Shown here in pieces: positions 1-9,382 of a stretch of DNA of 64,000 nucleotides (the first letter of the stretch is position 1; each line of letters begins with the position of its first letter). The position numbers and the translations under genes are program-made. The stretch spans positions 3,095 to 67,094 of the forward strand of contig NZ_JAOARO010000068.1 of assembly GCF_025211055.1 (NCBI RefSeq), read 5' to 3'. The stretch is from Vallitalea sp. GTDB taxonomy: Bacteria > Bacillota > Clostridia > Lachnospirales > Vallitaleaceae. The notes under the pieces were generated by a model that saw nothing but the letters and a program-made list of their open reading frames with translations, did not search any database and was not told where the DNA came from.

Positions 1-17
1 AAGGAATGTATATAATT

Positions 18-830
18 ATGGCGCAAAAAGAAAGACTAGATATATTACTATTCAATAAGGGTCTTGCTGATTCAAGAGAAAAAGCAAAATCGATTATTAT
101 GACTGGAAATGTTTTCGTAAATGGTGAAAGAGAAGATAAACCAGGTACCAAATTTGATATTAAGTCAGAGATAATTGTGAAGAAGAACCCTAATCCATAT
201 GTAAGTCGTGGAGGATTAAAATTAGATAAAGCTGTAAAAGACTTTGGCTTGAAATTAGAAAACAAAATATGTGCTGATGTGGGAGCTTCTACAGGTGGAT
301 TCACTGATTGTATGCTACAAAATGGTGCCAAGAAAGTATATTCCATTGATGTTGGATATGGACAATTCGCTTGGAAATTAAGACAGGATGAACGAGTTGT
401 ATGCATGGAAAAAACTAATGTTCGTTATGTTACAAAAGATATGTTAGATGACGAAGTTGATTTTGTCTCCATCGATGTTTCTTTTATATCTCTAACAAAG
501 GTATTAGAACCTGTTAAAAAATTGATGAGTAAAGATAGTGAGATGGTTTGTCTTATAAAACCACAATTTGAAGCTGGAAGAGAGAAAGTTGGTAAAAAGG
601 GTGTTGTAAGAGATAGAGCTGTTCACGAAGAAGTTATCATAAAAATTATAAAACATGTTTTGACAATAGATTTTTCTATAATAGACTTGAGTTTTTCACC
701 AATAAAAGGTCCTGAAGGAAATATAGAGTATTTGCTTTACTTGACTAATAAAGGGCAATTAACTATGGATGACAAAGAAATTATTAGTATTGTAAAAACA
801 GTAGTTGATAAAGCTCACGAAAAATTATAA
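18..830 (+). CDS. tlyA: TlyA-family rRNA (cytidine-2'-O)-methyltransferase / hemolysin A-like
   Basis: ORF 6..830. S4-like N-terminus (ERLDILLFNKGLADSREKAKSIIMTGNVFVNG) plus FtsJ-type SAM motif DVGASTGGFTD. In-frame ATG at 18 (MAQKERLD) taken as start. Confidence 0.85.
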   Translation: MAQKERLDILLFNKGLADSREKAKSIIMTGNVFVNGEREDKPGTKFDIKSEIIVKKNPNPYVSRGGLKLDKAVKDFGLKLENKICADVGASTGGFTDCMLQNGAKKVYSIDVGYGQFAWKLRQDERVVCMEKTNVRYVTKDMLDDEVDFVSIDVSFISLTKVLEPVKKLMSKDSEMVCLIKPQFEAGREKVGKKGVVRDRAVHEEVIIKIIKHVLTIDFSIIDLSFSPIKGPEGNIEYLLYLTNKGQLTMDDKEIISIVKTVVDKAHEKL

Positions 831-922
831 AATATAAATGTGCCATTATTTAGGAAATGAACATGATATTCTAATAGAATTCTGTAAAATAAGTATTTCC
901 TGAATTATAGAAGGATGGTTTT

Positions 923-1783
923 ATGAATAAATTTGTAATAATACCTAATCTAACTAAGGATAAAAAACTAGAAACAACAAAGTTAATTGTTGATTGGTTA
1001 GAAAAAAATGACTGTATAATATGTTTACCAGCACAAATAGCTAATTATATCAATAAGCAACAATATAGCTGTTCGGAAAGTAATATATATAATAATGCTG
1101 ATTGTGCTATTGTATTAGGAGGAGATGGAACGATTCTTAATGCAGCAAGAAATTTACTAAAATATGATTTGCCTATACTTGGTGTTAATCTAGGTAATCT
1201 AGGTTTCCTGGCTGAAGTAGAAAAAAAAGATGCACTTAGTACTTTATCAAAGATCATTAAAGGTGATTACTATGTCCAAAGAAGAATGATGTTGGATGTA
1301 AAAAGATTAATTAATGATAAAGAAGATTTAATTGGAGTTGCATTAAATGACATTGTAATAGCTAGAACGTCTATATCTAGAATGATGAAATACAGTATTT
1401 ATGTTAATGATGGACATGTTAACAATTATTCTGCAGACGGTATAATAGTTTCCACACCTACAGGTTCTACAGCATATAATTTGTCTGCTGGAGGTCCTAT
1501 ATTGGACCCAAAGAATGAAATGATGGTTATAACACCTATATGCCCTCATACATTGATGTCTAGAAGTATTGTACTTTCAAAAAACGATGTAGTTAAAATA
1601 TCACTAGAAAATAACAGAAAGAGTTGGAATGAAGATACTATGATTACTATTGATGGTCAAGAGAGTATTAACATAGACCAAAAAGATAAAATCGTAATAT
1701 CTAACTCTTATAAAAGTGCTAAACTAATTACATGTAATAAAAATGGATTTTATACGATTCTAAGGAAGAAATTGGGTAATTAA
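923..1783 (+). CDS. nadK: NAD(+) kinase
   Basis: GGDGT motif (VLGGDGTILNAAR), NLGNLGFL, and ADGIIVSTPTGSTAYNLSAGGPI signature. Confidence 0.9.
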   Translation: MNKFVIIPNLTKDKKLETTKLIVDWLEKNDCIICLPAQIANYINKQQYSCSESNIYNNADCAIVLGGDGTILNAARNLLKYDLPILGVNLGNLGFLAEVEKKDALSTLSKIIKGDYYVQRRMMLDVKRLINDKEDLIGVALNDIVIARTSISRMMKYSIYVNDGHVNNYSADGIIVSTPTGSTAYNLSAGGPILDPKNEMMVITPICPHTLMSRSIVLSKNDVVKISLENNRKSWNEDTMITIDGQESINIDQKDKIVISNSYKSAKLITCNKNGFYTILRKKLGN

Positions 1784-1847
1784 TTATATTGAACTTATTG
1801 AAATGGCTGTTATAGATGTTTAAGTCAATATATATAGGAGGGAAAAG

Positions 1848-2306
1848 ATGAAAATTGAACGCCAAACTAAGATTCTTCAATTAATTAATCATTATGATAT
1901 TGAGACTCAGGAAGATTTAGCAAGTAGACTTATCGAGGAAGGGTTTATAGTAACTCAAGCAACTATATCAAGAGATATCAGAGAATTAAGGTTGACTAAG
2001 ATTGCTACATTAGATGGAAAGCAGAAATACGTTGTATTAAATAATAAAGAGACCAAATTAAATGAAAAATTCATAAGAGTATTCAAAGATGGTTTTTCAT
2101 CTATGGACCGAGCAGGTAACATTATTGTTTTGAAGACATTAGTTGGTATGGCTATGGCTGTGGCTGCTGCTATTGATGCACTTAGTTTTGATGATATAGT
2201 GGGATGTATAGCTGGTGATGATACTATTTTCTGTGCAGTAAGAACAGAAAACGATGCAATTAGAATTATGGAAAAAATGAATAAATTGGTTAATAATAAC
2301 CTATAG
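1848..2306 (+). CDS. argR: arginine repressor ArgR/AhrC
   Basis: Winged-helix N-terminus (QEDLASRLIEEGFIVTQATISRDIRELRL) and C-terminal GCIAGDDTIF arginine-binding/oligomerisation motif. SD GGAGGG upstream. Confidence 0.9.
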   Translation: MKIERQTKILQLINHYDIETQEDLASRLIEEGFIVTQATISRDIRELRLTKIATLDGKQKYVVLNNKETKLNEKFIRVFKDGFSSMDRAGNIIVLKTLVGMAMAVAAAIDALSFDDIVGCIAGDDTIFCAVRTENDAIRIMEKMNKLVNNNL

Positions 2307-2359
2307 ATTCAATTGGATATGATACTATTATACTTTCTATCAAGTAGGAGGAAATTAAT

Positions 2360-4057
2360 ATGTTATTACACCTTCATGTAAAAAATTATGCGTTAATTGA
2401 TGAAATCAACGTAGATTTTAACGATAACCTAAATATATTAACTGGTGAAACAGGAGCAGGAAAATCTATTATTATTGGTTCTATTAATGCTGTTCTTGGA
2501 GGGAAAGTTAGTAAGGACATGATAAGGACAGGTTGCGAAAGTGCTATAATTGAACTACTGTTCTATGTTGATAATAATGTTGTTTTAAGTAAATTACATG
2601 AATATGATATTAGCATGGATAATAATAAAGAACTCCTTATAACTAGGAAAATAAATATTAATGGTAGAAGTGTGTTTAGAATGAACGGACAAGTTGTTAC
2701 TACATCCATAGTGAAGGATATTTCAACTAAGCTAATTGACATTCATGGTCAACATGAACATCAATCTTTACTAAATAAAAAGAATTATCTATCCTTATTA
2801 GATACTTTTTGTGGTGTGGATGTATTAGAATTAAAAGATAAACTTAGAGAAAAGTATACATATTATATGGAGCTCAGTAGTAAAATAGATCATTTTATGC
2901 TTGATGAACACACTAGAAAAAAAGAAATATCTTTTTTAGAATATGAAATAAATGAGATAATATCAGCTAATCTGATAATTGGTGAAGATAAGAAACTCAA
3001 AGAAGAATACACTTTACTCTCAAATGGTAAAAAGATTATTAAGTCTATGTCAGAAATACATACTTATGTTAATGGAGACAGTACCAATATCACTGGTGCA
3101 ATAGACCATATAGGGCAAGCAGTAAAGCTACTGTCTGGAATAAAGACACTAGATAAAAATATAATGAACATGGAAGAACAAATCTCCAATATTGAAATTA
3201 TGTTAAGTGATTTTAATAGAGATATAAACGACTATATAAGTAGTTTTGAGCTAGATGAATCAAGATATTTTGAGATTGAAGATAGAATAGACTTAATTAA
3301 TAATTTAAAAATGAAATATGGAGATACTATAGAAGAGGTATTAAATTATAAAGAAGAAAAAGAAAAATATCTAGAAGAATTAATCAATCATGAAGAACAC
3401 TTGAATCAAATAAATGAAGAAATAAATAATCTAAAAAATGAAATCGAAGTTTACTGTGGCGACTTAACAAGAATTAGAAAAGAAAAAGCTGTACATATCA
3501 GTAAATTGATTATAAATGCATTAAGGCACATTAATCTGTTGAATACTAATTTTGTAATAGAAGTCAACAGAGCCAACAAATTTAATGCAAATGGATGGGA
3601 TGATATTGAGTTTTTAATTTCTACAAATGTAGGAGAACCATTGAAATCACTTAGTAAAGTAGCCTCAGGAGGAGAGTTATCAAGGATTATGCTGGCTATC
3701 AAATCAGTTCTAGCTGGTAGTGATGATATTGAATCATTGATTTTTGATGAAATTGATACTGGTATTAGTGGAAAAACTGCAGGACTGGTTGCAGAAAAAC
3801 TGGTTCAGATTTCAAAAGAACATCAAGTCATCTGTATTACTCATTTGGCTCAAATAGCTGCTATGGGAGATGCTCACTTCATTATCCAAAAGAAAGTGAA
3901 AGACAATATCACACATACTTTAATAAATAAATTAAATAAAAAAAGCTCAATTAATGAACTAGCAAGATTACTTGGTGGTATAAAAATAACTGATGCTGTT
4001 ATTGCAAATGCAAAAGAAATGAAGGACTACGCAGAAGAAGTTAAAAAAAACTCATAA
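2360..4057 (+). CDS. recN: DNA repair protein RecN
   Basis: Walker A GETGAGKSIIIGSI, long central coiled coil, SGGELSRIMLAIK signature, Walker B LIFDEIDTGISG. Conserved argR-recN-spoIVB-spo0A order. Confidence 0.92.
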   Translation: MLLHLHVKNYALIDEINVDFNDNLNILTGETGAGKSIIIGSINAVLGGKVSKDMIRTGCESAIIELLFYVDNNVVLSKLHEYDISMDNNKELLITRKININGRSVFRMNGQVVTTSIVKDISTKLIDIHGQHEHQSLLNKKNYLSLLDTFCGVDVLELKDKLREKYTYYMELSSKIDHFMLDEHTRKKEISFLEYEINEIISANLIIGEDKKLKEEYTLLSNGKKIIKSMSEIHTYVNGDSTNITGAIDHIGQAVKLLSGIKTLDKNIMNMEEQISNIEIMLSDFNRDINDYISSFELDESRYFEIEDRIDLINNLKMKYGDTIEEVLNYKEEKEKYLEELINHEEHLNQINEEINNLKNEIEVYCGDLTRIRKEKAVHISKLIINALRHINLLNTNFVIEVNRANKFNANGWDDIEFLISTNVGEPLKSLSKVASGGELSRIMLAIKSVLAGSDDIESLIFDEIDTGISGKTAGLVAEKLVQISKEHQVICITHLAQIAAMGDAHFIIQKKVKDNITHTLINKLNKKSSINELARLLGGIKITDAVIANAKEMKDYAEEVKKNS

Positions 4058-4071
4058 TTATTCATAACCTA

Positions 4072-4097
4072 ATCAAGAATCTAATTCTTGATTTTTT
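4072..4097 (+). terminator. rho-independent terminator after recN
   Basis: Stem ATCAAGAAT (4072-4080) / ATTCTTGAT (4084-4092) with 3-nt loop, followed by a T-run. Confidence 0.7.
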
Positions 4098-4311
4098 CAT
4101 ATTTATTGGTTGTTTACAATGATATTTATATTTGAATAATGATTATTATGGATAGAAAAATTCTGGTTTATTTGTATAGTCAATAATTTCATATATTGAT
4201 TCTATTTACTAGCATAATAAGATTTGCCTAAGGGAATTTTAATAGTACACAAATAATGAGAAGTGAGAAGTATTAAAAATCCCAAAAGAATAGTAAATAG
4301 GATGTGAAATA

Positions 4312-5595
4312 ATGAGAAGCAAAGGATACAGATTTAGAATTTTTCTGTTTTTTAGTCTATTAGTCATTTTAGTAATTAACGTTGGATCAGATCTAATTAT
4401 TAGCAGGTATTTACCAGGTGAAATCAAAATTTTAGTTAACGAAGAACGTGACTTCCTATTTAATGTTCCATTAGACGCTAAAATAAATGGAAACCTAGAA
4501 GGCGTTGTAATGGTTAATCAGGAACCTGTCAAAGATAATCTTGTACTCAATCTACAAAAATCTTTTACAATTAAACCTAGAAAAACAGGTGTTATTGATG
4601 TAGAACTAAAATTATTTGGTATATTGCCAATAAAAAAAGTAAAAGTTGATGTAATAGATAAAAAAAGGGTTGTTCCAGTAGGTAAAACCATAGGTGTTAC
4701 AGTATATACAGATGGAATTTTAGTACTTGGAACTGGTTTGGTGTATGGTGAAGATGGAAAAAAGTATAATCCCGCAAAAGGAAAACTATATACTGGTGAT
4801 TATATTAAAGCAGTAAATGGAAAACAAATATCAAGAAAAAAAGAATTAATAGAGATTGTAAAGAAAAATCAAGGTGAATCTATAGAATTAGATGTCATAA
4901 GAAATGATATAAAACAAAAAATTAACATTACTCCTGTTAGAACTATAGAAAATAATCAATATAAAATCGGAGTTTGGGTTCGAGATGATACTCAAGGAAT
5001 TGGAACAATGACATATATGGATTTGGATAAAAAAACTTTCGGGGCATTAGGACATGGTATAACAGATGTTGACACAAAGCAGCTTATAGATATTGAGACT
5101 GGGGAAATCGTTAATACAATGATTACAACAATTAAAAAAGGCGAAAATGGAGTGCCTGGAGAGATATCTGGAATCATAGTTGGTGGTGAAGGAAATCGCT
5201 TAGGTGAAATAAAGAAGAATACATCTCATGGTATTTTTGGAGAAGCATCTAATGAAGGAATAGACCAAGTTCTAGATAATGATATAATTCCCATAGGTTT
5301 TAGATATGATGTACATGAGGGAAAAGCCTTTATTCGAAGTGATGTTAGCGGCAGATTAAAAGATTATGAGATATTAATTAAAAAGATTTATCTAGGTGAT
5401 GAATCTAATAAAGGTATGATTATTGAAGTTGTTGATGAAGATTTGATAAAAACAACAAATGGAATCATTCAAGGGATGAGTGGAAGTCCTATTATTCAAG
5501 ATAATAAATTAATAGGTGCAGTTACACATGTTTTTGTCCAAGATTCAAAAAAAGGGTATGGTGTTTTTATTGAAAATATGTTAATTGAGGAGTAA
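4312..5595 (+). CDS. spoIVB: SpoIVB peptidase (stage IV sporulation protein B, S55 serine peptidase)
   Basis: N-terminal TM segment, PDZ-like region, S55 motifs GIGTMTYMD, FGALGHGI and catalytic GMSGSPI. Sits directly upstream of spo0A. Confidence 0.9.
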   Translation: MRSKGYRFRIFLFFSLLVILVINVGSDLIISRYLPGEIKILVNEERDFLFNVPLDAKINGNLEGVVMVNQEPVKDNLVLNLQKSFTIKPRKTGVIDVELKLFGILPIKKVKVDVIDKKRVVPVGKTIGVTVYTDGILVLGTGLVYGEDGKKYNPAKGKLYTGDYIKAVNGKQISRKKELIEIVKKNQGESIELDVIRNDIKQKINITPVRTIENNQYKIGVWVRDDTQGIGTMTYMDLDKKTFGALGHGITDVDTKQLIDIETGEIVNTMITTIKKGENGVPGEISGIIVGGEGNRLGEIKKNTSHGIFGEASNEGIDQVLDNDIIPIGFRYDVHEGKAFIRSDVSGRLKDYEILIKKIYLGDESNKGMIIEVVDEDLIKTTNGIIQGMSGSPIIQDNKLIGAVTHVFVQDSKKGYGVFIENMLIEE

Positions 5596-5623
5596 TATAT
5601 ATAGGGAATATGTATCTTGAGCA

Positions 5624-5630
5624 TGTCGAA
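5624..5630 (+). promoter_or_regulatory. candidate Spo0A-binding site (0A box TGTCGAA) upstream of spo0A
   Basis: Exact TGTCGAA heptamer 158 nt upstream of the spo0A start. Single site only, no promoter mapped. Confidence 0.3.
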
Positions 5631-5787
5631 TCTTGCGAATATTATTTATTGAATTAATATATAGATAGTATTATAATTATATCATGTCATATGGTAACGT
5701 ATTCTCTATATAAATGAATAAACAGGATATCATAAGATAATAATATGGAACGTAATATCGTTTCAAGGAAGAGAAGGGGGAAAAAGG

Positions 5788-6588
5788 TTGAGCGATACAA
5801 TCAAAGTATTGATTTCAGATGATAGCATAAAAATGTGTACTATTTTATCTGAATATTTAAATGCAAAAGAAGATATCACTGTAGTTGGAGTTGCTAATAA
5901 TGGTGAGGATGCATGTAAGCAAATAAAGGAAAAAGAACCTGATGTTGTTTTACTTGACATTATTATGCCACAACTAGACGGGCTGGGAGTATTAGAGAGA
6001 ATGTACGAAGATAAAGACATTAAGAAAGTTCCTATGTTTATTATGTTGACAGCAGTAGGGCAAGAAAAAATAACATCTAGTGCACTTAATCTGGGAGCGG
6101 AATATTATATAATGAAACCTTTTGATAATGAGACAATCGTTAAAAGAATAAGACAATTAAAAGGTAAGATGCAGTTAATTAAACGGGATAGAAGAAATGA
6201 TTTTGTTTCTGAAACTGAAAAAGCTTATTCAGCAAGAAGTCTAGAAGCTGAAGTAACTAATATAATTCATGAAATTGGAGTTCCAGCACACATTAAAGGT
6301 TATCAATATCTTAGAGATGCTATAATAATGGCTATTAATGATATGGACATACTTAATTCCATAACTAAATTACTATATCCATCTATAGCAAAGAAATTCA
6401 ATACAACACCTAGCAGAGTTGAGAGGGCTATCAGACATGCAATAGAAGTGGCATGGGGAAGAGGTAAGATGGATACTATTGATAAATTATTTGGATACAC
6501 AATAAATCATGGTAAAGGTAAACCAACTAATTCGGAATTTATTGCTTTAATTGCTGACAAGTTAAGATTAGAGCTTAGAGTAGGATAA
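5788..6588 (+). CDS. spo0A: sporulation master regulator Spo0A (response regulator)
   Basis: TTG start behind GAAGGGGG SD. Receiver domain (VLISDD ... [13 protein letters not shown]) and Spo0A-specific DNA-binding segment [19 protein letters not shown]. Confidence 0.95.
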   Translation: MSDTIKVLISDDSIKMCTILSEYLNAKEDITVVGVANNGEDACKQIKEKEPDVVLLDIIMPQLDGLGVLERMYEDKDIKKVPMFIMLTAVGQEKITSSALNLGAEYYIMKPFDNETIVKRIRQLKGKMQLIKRDRRNDFVSETEKAYSARSLEAEVTNIIHEIGVPAHIKGYQYLRDAIIMAINDMDILNSITKLLYPSIAKKFNTTPSRVERAIRHAIEVAWGRGKMDTIDKLFGYTINHGKGKPTNSEFIALIADKLRLELRVG

Positions 6589-6776
6589 ATTCACTATTAA
6601 TATAATGTATATAATTTTTATTCAAGGATATAATAAATATTGTAAAGTTAATGATTTAATTTCACTATCTTTACGCTGACTTATAAGTGAGGTGTTAGAG
6701 CCAATGTACATTTAATAGAAGTTATTAATGTAACTGTTTTAGATGTAATGAGGTAATCAGCATTTATAAGTATTAA

Positions 6777-6808
6777 AGCTAGTAATTGTAAAAGATTACT
6801 AGCTTTTT
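6777..6808 (+). terminator. rho-independent terminator about 190 nt downstream of spo0A
   Basis: 10-bp perfect stem AGCTAGTAAT (6777-6786) / ATTACTAGCT (6795-6804), 8-nt loop, T-run 6804-6808. Confidence 0.7.
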
Positions 6809-6848
6809 AATACCACAATAATACTATTTGGAAATATGGAGGGCTATA

Positions 6849-6995
6849 ATGGCTAAAGAAAAAGTAAAAGACAAAGGTGGAACTCTTGGTGGACTATCTA
6901 AAAGTCATAACAATAATAGGAGTGTAAATGGGAAAATTAAAAATTCTAAGGATACCACAAGTTGTGATTCAGATAATTTGAGTCATAAAGATTAA
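6849..6995 (+). CDS. small hydrophilic protein, 48 aa (MAKEKVKDKGGTLGGLSKSHNNNRSVNGKIKNSKDTTSCDSDNLSHKD), absent from the ORF track
   Basis: ATG 5 nt after GGAGGG (6838-6843). Uninterrupted 48 codons between the spo0A terminator and the TetR promoter. No family recognised. Confidence 0.45.
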   Translation: MAKEKVKDKGGTLGGLSKSHNNNRSVNGKIKNSKDTTSCDSDNLSHKD

Positions 6996-7022
6996 ATTAT
7001 TTGATATTTTTTGGTATTATTA

Positions 7023-7072
7023 TTGACACTAATGACTATAATAGTATATAATTGTTTTAGTCATAAGTGTCA
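7023..7072 (+). promoter_or_regulatory. sigma-A-type promoter flanked by a 15-bp inverted repeat (probable TetR auto-operator)
   Basis: TTGACA (7023-7028), 18-nt spacer, TATAAT (7047-7052). Arms TGACACTAATGACTA (7024-7038) and TAGTCATAAGTGTCA (7058-7072) are reverse complements with 1 mismatch. Confidence 0.55.
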
Positions 7073-7116
7073 TTAATAATTACTACATAGTTTTAGGTCA
7101 AAGAAAGGAAATGATT

Positions 7117-7680
7117 ATGCCTAAAATAGTTGATGCAGAAGCTATAAGAATAGAGATAATAAAAAAAGCATTTAATGTTTTTGTTAAGAAAGGCTATTAC
7201 AAATCAAGCATGATGGATATTACCAAGAGCTGTAATATGAAGCGAACAACAATTTATCACTATTTTAAAAATAAGGATGAGATATTTGAACATACTATAT
7301 TATATGTTATAGAAACTCTTGAGAATGATATTATAGATATTTCTAAAGATGATGAGATGACTTTAATAAAAAAAAAATATCTAACTAATAAATGGGATAA
7401 TGAATTTAACAATAATAATATTCTATTACTGCTTGTTGAAATGTGGTTTGCCATAAAAAGAGAAGAAGGAGAATTATTTGATAGAATCAAAAATAGAATA
7501 ATATTAATGAACAAATCTATCAATAAAATTGTTGTGCAAAAAGCAAAATATATGGTTAATTCTAAGAGAGATAAAAAGCAGTTAATTGAATACTCAATGA
7601 TAATGTCTATGCTTAATCAGATTACCAGTGAAAAAGAGTTTTTGAGCGAAAGTATAATATCTGTTATATCATCTTTTTAA
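7117..7680 (+). CDS. TetR/AcrR family transcriptional regulator
   Basis: N-terminal TetR HTH (KKGYYKSSMMDITKSCNMKRTTIYHYFKNKDEIF). ORF opens at 7111; ATG 7117 has better spacing to the AAAGGAA SD. Confidence 0.85.
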   Translation: MPKIVDAEAIRIEIIKKAFNVFVKKGYYKSSMMDITKSCNMKRTTIYHYFKNKDEIFEHTILYVIETLENDIIDISKDDEMTLIKKKYLTNKWDNEFNNNNILLLLVEMWFAIKREEGELFDRIKNRIILMNKSINKIVVQKAKYMVNSKRDKKQLIEYSMIMSMLNQITSEKEFLSESIISVISSF

Positions 7681-7754
7681 GTAGTTTCATATGTTTAGGA
7701 ATAATTTATACAAAGCATTATTATATATAAGCTTATTTAAATAATTTAACCTTG

Positions 7755-7896
7755 TTGTTAAAAGGGAGTAGCTTCAAAGTTATAAAGTCAACAACCGCGG
7801 TATGTAATACCTGGCTTTATAGTCCTGTAATGGAAAGCAAGACTTTTATGACAAAATGTAGATAACTAATCTGCAATTGTCATAAAAGTCTTTTTA
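7755..7896 (+). promoter_or_regulatory. yybP-ykoY (Mn2+)-class riboswitch candidate with terminator expression platform
   Basis: Conserved strings AAAGGGAGUAGC (7761-7772) and AGCAAGAC (7836-7843). P1 pairs 7759-7764 with 7843-7848. Helix 7781-7789/7813-7821 encloses hairpin 7799-7811. Terminator 7839-7853/7878-7892 plus U5 shares the P1 3' strand. Confidence 0.7.
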
Positions 7897-7931
7897 AATT
7901 ATATAAGATAAATATAAAGGAGGTCATTTTT

Positions 7932-9302
7932 ATGAAATCACCAAAATCATTTTTTAGTAAGGTAGCAATAAAAGAAGGTATAAAATATTTAGAAAAAGAT
8001 CCTATAACTAATTTTCCAAAGCTTATTGATTGGGCAGGTAAGATTCCTATGTTACCAACCCAAAGGCATCAATATGAGGCAATAATTGATATATGGCAAG
8101 ATAAAAACTCTATATGGCACGATTTTATAGAAAGAATATTGACTAAGATACATCCCAATATTAGAAAGACACTTTTAATGAATTTTTCTATCAATGCTGG
8201 AATAGAAGGACTAAAGCTTATTAATGAGAACAAAGAGAAATATGACTGTAACATACCATGGGCGATTTTAATGGATCCAACTTCTTCATGTAATCTAAAA
8301 TGTATTGGCTGCTGGGCTGCAGAATATAAGAAAAATGATTCATTAGACTATGATACCTTGAGTAATATAATAAAACAAGGTAAAGAACTAGGTACATATA
8401 TGTATATTTACTCTGGTGGCGAACCTATGGTTAGACGAGATGATATAATAAAACTTGCAAGAGAACATAATGATTGTGTATTCTTGGCATTTACTAACGG
8501 TACTCTTTTTGATGAAGACTACGCAAAAAGACTTCAGGATGTCGGGAATGTTACATTTGCTATAAGTATCGAGGGTTATGAAGAACAAACAGATATGAGA
8601 AGAGGAAAAGGTACATATCAGAAAGTAATCAAAGGAATGGATATATTAAGGGAGCATGGTATTCCTTTTGGATTTTCTTCATGTTATCATAATAAAAATG
8701 AAGAGATAGTATCTTCTGAAGAATACATAGATTTTATGATTGAAAAAGGTTGTTATTTTGGATGGATATTTACTTATATGCCATTAGGAAAAGATGCAGT
8801 ACTTGACCTATTAGCAACAGCTGAACAAAGAAAAGATATGTACTATAAAGTACGTGAATATAGAAAAACAAAACCAATATTTACTATGGACTTTTGGAAT
8901 GATGGAGAATATGTTAATGGATGTATTGCTGGAGGAAGAAATTATCTTCATATCAATGCAAATGGTGATGTTGAACCTTGCGCATTCATTCATTATTCAA
9001 GTGCTAACATCAAAGATGTAAGCCTATTAGATGCATTAAAGCAACCTTTATTCAGACAGTATAGAAAACATCAACCTTTCAATGATAATATGCTTAGACC
9101 TTGTCCATTACTTGATAATCCAGAAATGCTTAAAAAAATGGTACATGATTCAGGAGCTCTTTCAACACAGCCAATGGATAGAGAGGATGTAGACGACCTT
9201 ACAACTAAAACCAAAGAAGTTGCAGAAAAATGGGCACCCGTAGCAGAAGAACTTTGGCAAGAATCACATAGATGTATTAATTGTAAAGCTGCTAACCAAT
9301 AA
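7932..9302 (+). CDS. radical SAM protein with C-terminal Cys-rich (twitch/SPASM-like) region, function unknown
   Basis: CX3CX2C at SSCNLKCIGCWAAEY and GGEPMVRRDD glycine-rich SAM motif. C-terminal cysteines: NGCIAGGRNYLHINANGDVEPCAF, RPCPLL, HRCINCK. About 110-aa N-terminal extension. SD AAGGAGG. Confidence 0.85.
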   Translation: MKSPKSFFSKVAIKEGIKYLEKDPITNFPKLIDWAGKIPMLPTQRHQYEAIIDIWQDKNSIWHDFIERILTKIHPNIRKTLLMNFSINAGIEGLKLINENKEKYDCNIPWAILMDPTSSCNLKCIGCWAAEYKKNDSLDYDTLSNIIKQGKELGTYMYIYSGGEPMVRRDDIIKLAREHNDCVFLAFTNGTLFDEDYAKRLQDVGNVTFAISIEGYEEQTDMRRGKGTYQKVIKGMDILREHGIPFGFSSCYHNKNEEIVSSEEYIDFMIEKGCYFGWIFTYMPLGKDAVLDLLATAEQRKDMYYKVREYRKTKPIFTMDFWNDGEYVNGCIAGGRNYLHINANGDVEPCAFIHYSSANIKDVSLLDALKQPLFRQYRKHQPFNDNMLRPCPLLDNPEMLKKMVHDSGALSTQPMDREDVDDLTTKTKEVAEKWAPVAEELWQESHRCINCKAANQ

Positions 9303-9382
9303 TTTAATAAAAGCTATATAATGGGACATAATACTTTGCAATAAAGGATTATAGTTTTTAATCATTTTGGGAGGATGGCACT

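Noticed and set aside
5596-5640. Possible sigma-H promoter (AGGGAATA ... GTCGAAT) upstream of spo0A.
   Set aside because: The spacing between the two elements is about 16 nt rather than the 11-12 nt I recall for sigma-H promoters, and the -35-like element has a mismatch in the core.
7741-7900. Alternative riboswitch identities for the leader upstream of the radical SAM gene (ZTP, c-di-GMP, SAM, guanidine, preQ1).
   Set aside because: CCGCGG...CCTGGC superficially recalls the ZTP pseudoknot, but the ZTP 5' domain and the other class-specific cores are absent. Both signature loops of yybP-ykoY are present in the right order.
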